Source: Squalus acanthias
Lineage: Eukaryota
Assembly (NCBI GenBank): GCA_030390025.1
Contig: CM059438.1
Location: forward strand, 67,272,001-67,336,000
Length of the DNA: 64,000 bases
Reading direction: 5' to 3'
Shown here piece by piece: positions 59,195 through 64,000 of this stretch. Position 1 is the first letter of the stretch. Every line of letters begins with the position of its first letter. Both the position numbers and the translations under genes were made by a program. The notes below the pieces were generated by a model. The model saw nothing but the letters and a program-made list of their open reading frames with translations. It had not been told where the DNA came from and did no database searches.

Positions 59195-62100
59195 CTGAGG
59201 GGGGAGGTTGAACAGCCAGAGGTCGTGTTCCTTATCGGTACCAACGACATAGGTACAAAGAGTGATGAGGTCCTGCAGGCAGAATTTAGGGAGCTAGGAA
59301 AGAGGTTAAAAAGCAGGACCTCAAAGGTAGTAATCTCCGGATTACTACCAGTGCCACGTGCTAATGAGTACAGAAATAAGAAGATAGAGCAGATGAATGC
59401 GTGGCTGGAGAGATGGTGTAGGAGGGAGGGCTTTAGATTCCTGAGGAATTGGAACCGTTTCTGGGGGAGGTGGGACCTCTACAAGCCAGACGGGTTGCAC
59501 CTCCACGGGAACGGGACCAATATCCCCGCGGGAGGGTTTGCTAGTGCTGTTGGAGAGGGTTTAAACTAGCTTGGCAGGGGGATGGGAAACTAAGAACAGA
59601 GTCAGTAGGGAGGGAAGAAAAACTGGAATTGGAAAACAAAAATGTAGAAAGTAAATTGGAAGGACAGAGGAATCAAGGGTTAGATAGTAGTCAACAAGGA
59701 GGTTTGCCTGTACTAAATGGTATATACTTCAATGCAAGGAGTATAGCGAACAAGGCAGATGAGCTGAGGGCACAGGTAGATACTTGGGATTATGATATTA
59801 TAGCTATTACAGAGACGTGGCTGAAAGAGGGGCAGATATGGCAGCTCAACATTCCTGGTTACAGGATTTTCAGATGGGATAGAGAGGGAGGTAAAAAGGG
59901 AGGGGGAGTCGCGGTATTGATTAAAGAAACTATTACAGCTGTGAGGAGGGATGATATGTTGGTGGGATCATCAAACGAGGCCATATGGGTCGAATTGAAA
60001 AACAAAAAAGGGGCGATCACACTGCTGGGAGTGTACTACAGACCCCCAAACAGTGAGAGGGAGATAGAAGAACAAATATGTAGACAAATTTTTGAGTTGT
60101 GCAAAAACTATAGGGCAGTAATAGTAGGGGATTTCAACTACCCCAATATTAACTGGGATCAAATTAGTGTGAAGGTATAGAGGGTGCGGAATTCCTAAAA
60201 TATATCCAGGAGAACTTTTTTAGCCAGTATGTAGCAAGCCCAACAAGGGAGATGCCAGTTCTGGACTCAGTTTTAGGGAATGAAGCTGGGCAGGTAGAAG
60301 GCATATCAGTGGGGTAGCATTTTGGTGCTTGTGACCATAATTCAGTTAGATTTAAGGTAGTTATGGAAAAGGACAAGGATAGACCAGGAATAAAAATTCT
60401 AAATTGGGGAAAAGCAAATTTTGCTAAGCTCAGAGGGGATTTAGCCATAGTGGACTGGAAACAGCTACTTGAAGGCAAATCAATGTCAGAGCAGTGGGAG
60501 GCATTCAAGGAAGAAATCCGGAGGGGTCAGACCAAATATGTGCCCTTAAAGAAAAAAGGTGGGACTAACAAATCTAGAGCCCCTGGATGTCTAGGGACAT
60601 ACAGGGTAGGATAAAGAAAAAAAGGGAGGCGTATGACAGATACCGAGGGCTAAATACTCCAGAATCTTTAGAGGAGTACAGAAAATGCAGGGGTGCAATT
60701 AAAAAGGATATTAGGAAAGCAAAGAGAGAGCATGTAAAATTCTTGGCAAGTAAAATCAAGGAAAATCCAAAGATGTTTTATAAATATATTAAGAGTAAGA
60801 GGATAACTAAAGAAAGAGTAGGGCCTATTAGAGATCATGAGGGTAATCTGTGTGTGGAGGCGGGAGACGTCAGTTGGGTTCTTAATGAATACTTTGCGTC
60901 TGTTTTCACAAAGGAGAGGGGCGAAGCAGACATTGCTATCAGGGAGGAGGAGTGTGAAATATTAGATGAAATAAACATAGTGAGAGAGGAAGTATTAAGG
61001 GGTTTAGCAGCTTTAAAAGTGGATAAATCCCCAGGCCCGGATGAACTGTATCCCAGGCTGTTAAGCGAAGCAAAAGAGGAAATAGCAGAGGCCCTGACCA
61101 TCATTTTCCAATCCTCTCTGGCTTCAGGTGTGGTGCCGGAGGACTGGAGGACTGCTAATGTTGTACCCTTGTTTAAAAAGGGAGAAAAGGATAGTCTGAG
61201 TAATTACAGGCCAGTCAGCCTAACCTTGGTAGTGGGAAAATTATTGGAAAGAATTCTGAAGGACAGGATAAATCGTAATTTAGAAAGACACGGATTAATC
61301 AAGGATAGCCAGCACAGATTTGTTAAGGGAAGGTCGTGTCTGACAAATTTGATTGAATTTTTTGAGGAGGTAACAAGGAGGGTAGATGAGGGTAGTGTGT
61401 TTGATGTAGTGTATATGGACTTTAGCAAGGCTTTTGATAAGGTTCCACATGGCAGACTGGTCACGAAGTTAAAAGCCCATGGGATCCAGGGCAAAGTGTC
61501 AAGTTGGATTCAAAACTGGCTCGAAGGCAGGAAGCTGAGGATAATGGTTGATGGGTGTTTTTGTGACCGGAAGGCTGTTTCCAGTGGGGTTCCGCAGGGC
61601 TCAGTACTAAGTCCCTTGCTTTTTGTGGTATATATCAATGATCTAGACTTGAATATAGGGGGTATGATTAAGAAGTTTGCAGATGATACTAAAATCGGCT
61701 GTGTGGTTGATACTGAAGAAGGAGACTGCAGGAAGATATCAATAAATTGGTCAGGTGGGCAGAACAGTGGCAAATGAAATTCAATCCGGAGAAGTGTGAG
61801 GTAATGCATTTGGGAGGGCTAACAAGGAAAAGGAATACACATTAAATGGTAGGACACTGAGTAGTGTAGAGGAACAAAGGGACCTTGGAGTGCATGTCCA
61901 CAGATCCCTGAAGGTAGCAGGCCAGGTAGATAAGATGGTTGAGAAGGCATACGGAATGCTTGCCTTTATTAGCCGTGGCATAGAATACAAGAGCAGGGGG
62001 GTTATGCTTCTACTGTATAAAACACTAGTTAGGCTTCAGCTACAGTACTGCATGCAGTTCTGGTCACCACATTACAGGAAAGATGTGATTGCACTAGAGA

Positions 62101-62600
62101 GGGTACAGAGGAGATTTACAAGGATGTTCCTGGGAGTAGAGAATCTTAGCTATGAGGAAAGACTATATAGTCTGGGTTTGTTTTCCTTGGAACAGAGGAG
62201 GCTGAGGGGAGATCTTATTGAGGTGTATAAAATTATGAGTGGCCTAGATAAAGTGGATAGAAAGGACCTATTTCTCTTAGCAGAGGGGTCAAAAACCAGG
62301 GGGCAGAGATTTAAAGTAATTGGTGGAAGGTTTAGAGGGGATTTGAGGGGAAATTTCTTCACCCAGAGGTTTGTGGGGGTCTGGAACTCACTGCCTGAAA
62401 GGGTGGTAGAGGCAGAAACCCTAACCACATTTAAAAAGTACTTGGATGTGCAATTGGGATGCTGTAACCTGCAGGACTACGGACCAAGAGCTGGGAAGTG
62501 GGATTAGGCTGGATAGCTCTTTGTTGGCCGGCGTGGACACGATGGGTCGAAATGGCCTCCTTCCGTGCTGTAACTTTCTATGATTCTATGATTCTATGAT
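59195..62600 (+). mobile_element. Decayed CR1 LINE (ORF1 esterase, ORF2, (ATTCTATG)n tail)
   Basis: GTND and DGLHL; FNARSI; DFSKAFD; KFADD; terminal 8-bp repeats. Confidence 0.93.
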
Positions 62601-62730
62601 CATCCGAAAGACGGCACTCCTTCTGTAATGCACTGAAGTGCTAGCCTAGCTTTAGTACTCAAGTCTCTGGAGTGGAACTTGAACCCATAACCTTCGAACT
62701 CAGAGGTGGAAAGTGCTAACACTGAGCCGA
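62600..62730 (-). mobile_element. SINE 5' (tRNA-like) fragment
   Basis: GGAGTGGAACTTGAACCC is the reverse complement of the B box. Confidence 0.65.
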
Positions 62731-63829
62731 GAAGGCAGTGAGAAATAAGCAGTAACCCAGAACAGCAGAGCTTGAACACAGAGGCTGCAGGTGAGGAGAT
62801 ATAGCTGGGGATGATCACTCGGGTAACGTGGAGGGATTTGAAAGTGAGGATGAAGATCTAGAGCTCAGTGTGCTGGGAAGACAAGAGACCAATGTAGTTC
62901 ACTGAGGATGGAAGTCGTGGAGGTGCTTTAAAAAAAATAACTTGCAGTTCAAGAGAAAATGTCCTTTCAGAAAGTCCCAGGGTTGCGATCTCAAAAGTAC
63001 TGACAATACGGGCACTATGATTGGCCTCAACACCCCCAAGGCTTTGGGAAGGGACAAGATGGAATCAGCCAGGGTTCCTGCTCCTCGTAACAATCAAGTG
63101 ACTCCTTCAGGAAAATGTGCATATGGGATCAGCTGAGGACACAATCAGTGGGACTGTAATGCAACCCCCTCCCAATCCCCTTCATGATTGAATAACCTGA
63201 GGGCATACACTGTCTGAGATTACAGATAAAGAAAGGCCACTCGAATGAGTTGCAGGAGGATAACTAGAGCCCATAGAACCCCGTGGCTCAGTAAGTGTGA
63301 GGCCATTAGGAGATGAGGGGAAAAATGGACTTAGGAAAATCAATTTTGTTTTCAAAGGTGCCCATGTCTATTGGTCTCACTGAATGTTTGAATCACTGGT
63401 GCAACTTCTTTTTTGTTCCAGCAGGAGTTCAGAATGTTAGTTTAAGGGCAGGTGATGGGGTGGAAATCTGTATTACCGTGCTGAAATAAAAATAATGTTC
63501 TGGGTTATTAAGGCAATATGGCATTGAGCTGCTTTCTGTTGATTACAAGGAGGAAGCAAATGGTTAACAAAAATCCCTCTTGTACAGTTCCCATGGGTTT
63601 ATGAGTAGCCACTACTGAGTGGGCCACAAGGACCTCTTTATTTGTACTCAATGGATTACTAACGAATTAGTAGGAGTTATTATTCCAAGGTGGGCACTCA
63701 ATATACTTGAAGAAGCGTGAACTTAATAGGTTTGTGTAAAAACAAAGTTCTTTGGCAGTAGGTACCCAGTGTGTCCATTTAAGACAACTGGATTTGGCAT
63801 AATGTGCAGTCTTGAGCTATAGTGGGACG

Positions 63830-63975
63830 ATACACAGACAGACTGGTGAAATGTGTAGACAGATGGCAGTTGCAATTTAACGTAGAGAAGTGTGAAGTGA
63901 TGCATTTTGTTCAGAAGAATGAAGAGAGGCAATATAAACTAAATGGTACAATTTTAAAGGGGTTGCAGGAACAGA
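63830..63975 (+). mobile_element. CR1 RT fragment
   Basis: DRWQLQFNVEKCEVMHF motif. Confidence 0.7.
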
Positions 63976-64000
63976 CTTCTTTGAAGACAGCAAAACAAGT

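Overview
Repeat-dense vertebrate DNA with no supportable host gene. The DeuSINE, CR1, L2 and Penelope repertoire suggests a cartilaginous fish (inference). The centrepiece is a four-level nest, with each level fixed by target-site duplications (TSDs) or junctions read from the sequence. (1) A decayed PIF/Harbinger transposon (17974-48054) has its transposase split by provirus B. (2) Provirus B (minus strand, 47315-21323, TSD TTGG) has intact gag and env, but pol is replaced by a short in-frame coiled-coil ORF. (3) Provirus A (plus strand, 22439-39053, TSD AGGG), a full-length relative, sits inside B's 3' LTR. (4) A CR1 LINE with an open ORF2 interrupts A's env. The proviruses resemble lokiretrovirus-like endogenous retroviruses. 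They have a tRNA-Arg PBS overlapping the gag ATG, a PSAPPSY late domain, a UGA-CUAG gag-pol readthrough junction, a pol (A only) with tether plus second RNase H, an acidic Pro-rich ORF, and a Mononegavirales-F-like env with an N-terminal Ig-like domain. Also present are a Penelope element with inverted pLTRs, a 14-bp TSD and minimal hammerhead ribozymes, a 1.8-kb 24/25-bp minisatellite, Harbinger-type MITEs, SINEs and decayed LINEs. All alignments and family assignments were made by eye; no database searches were run.
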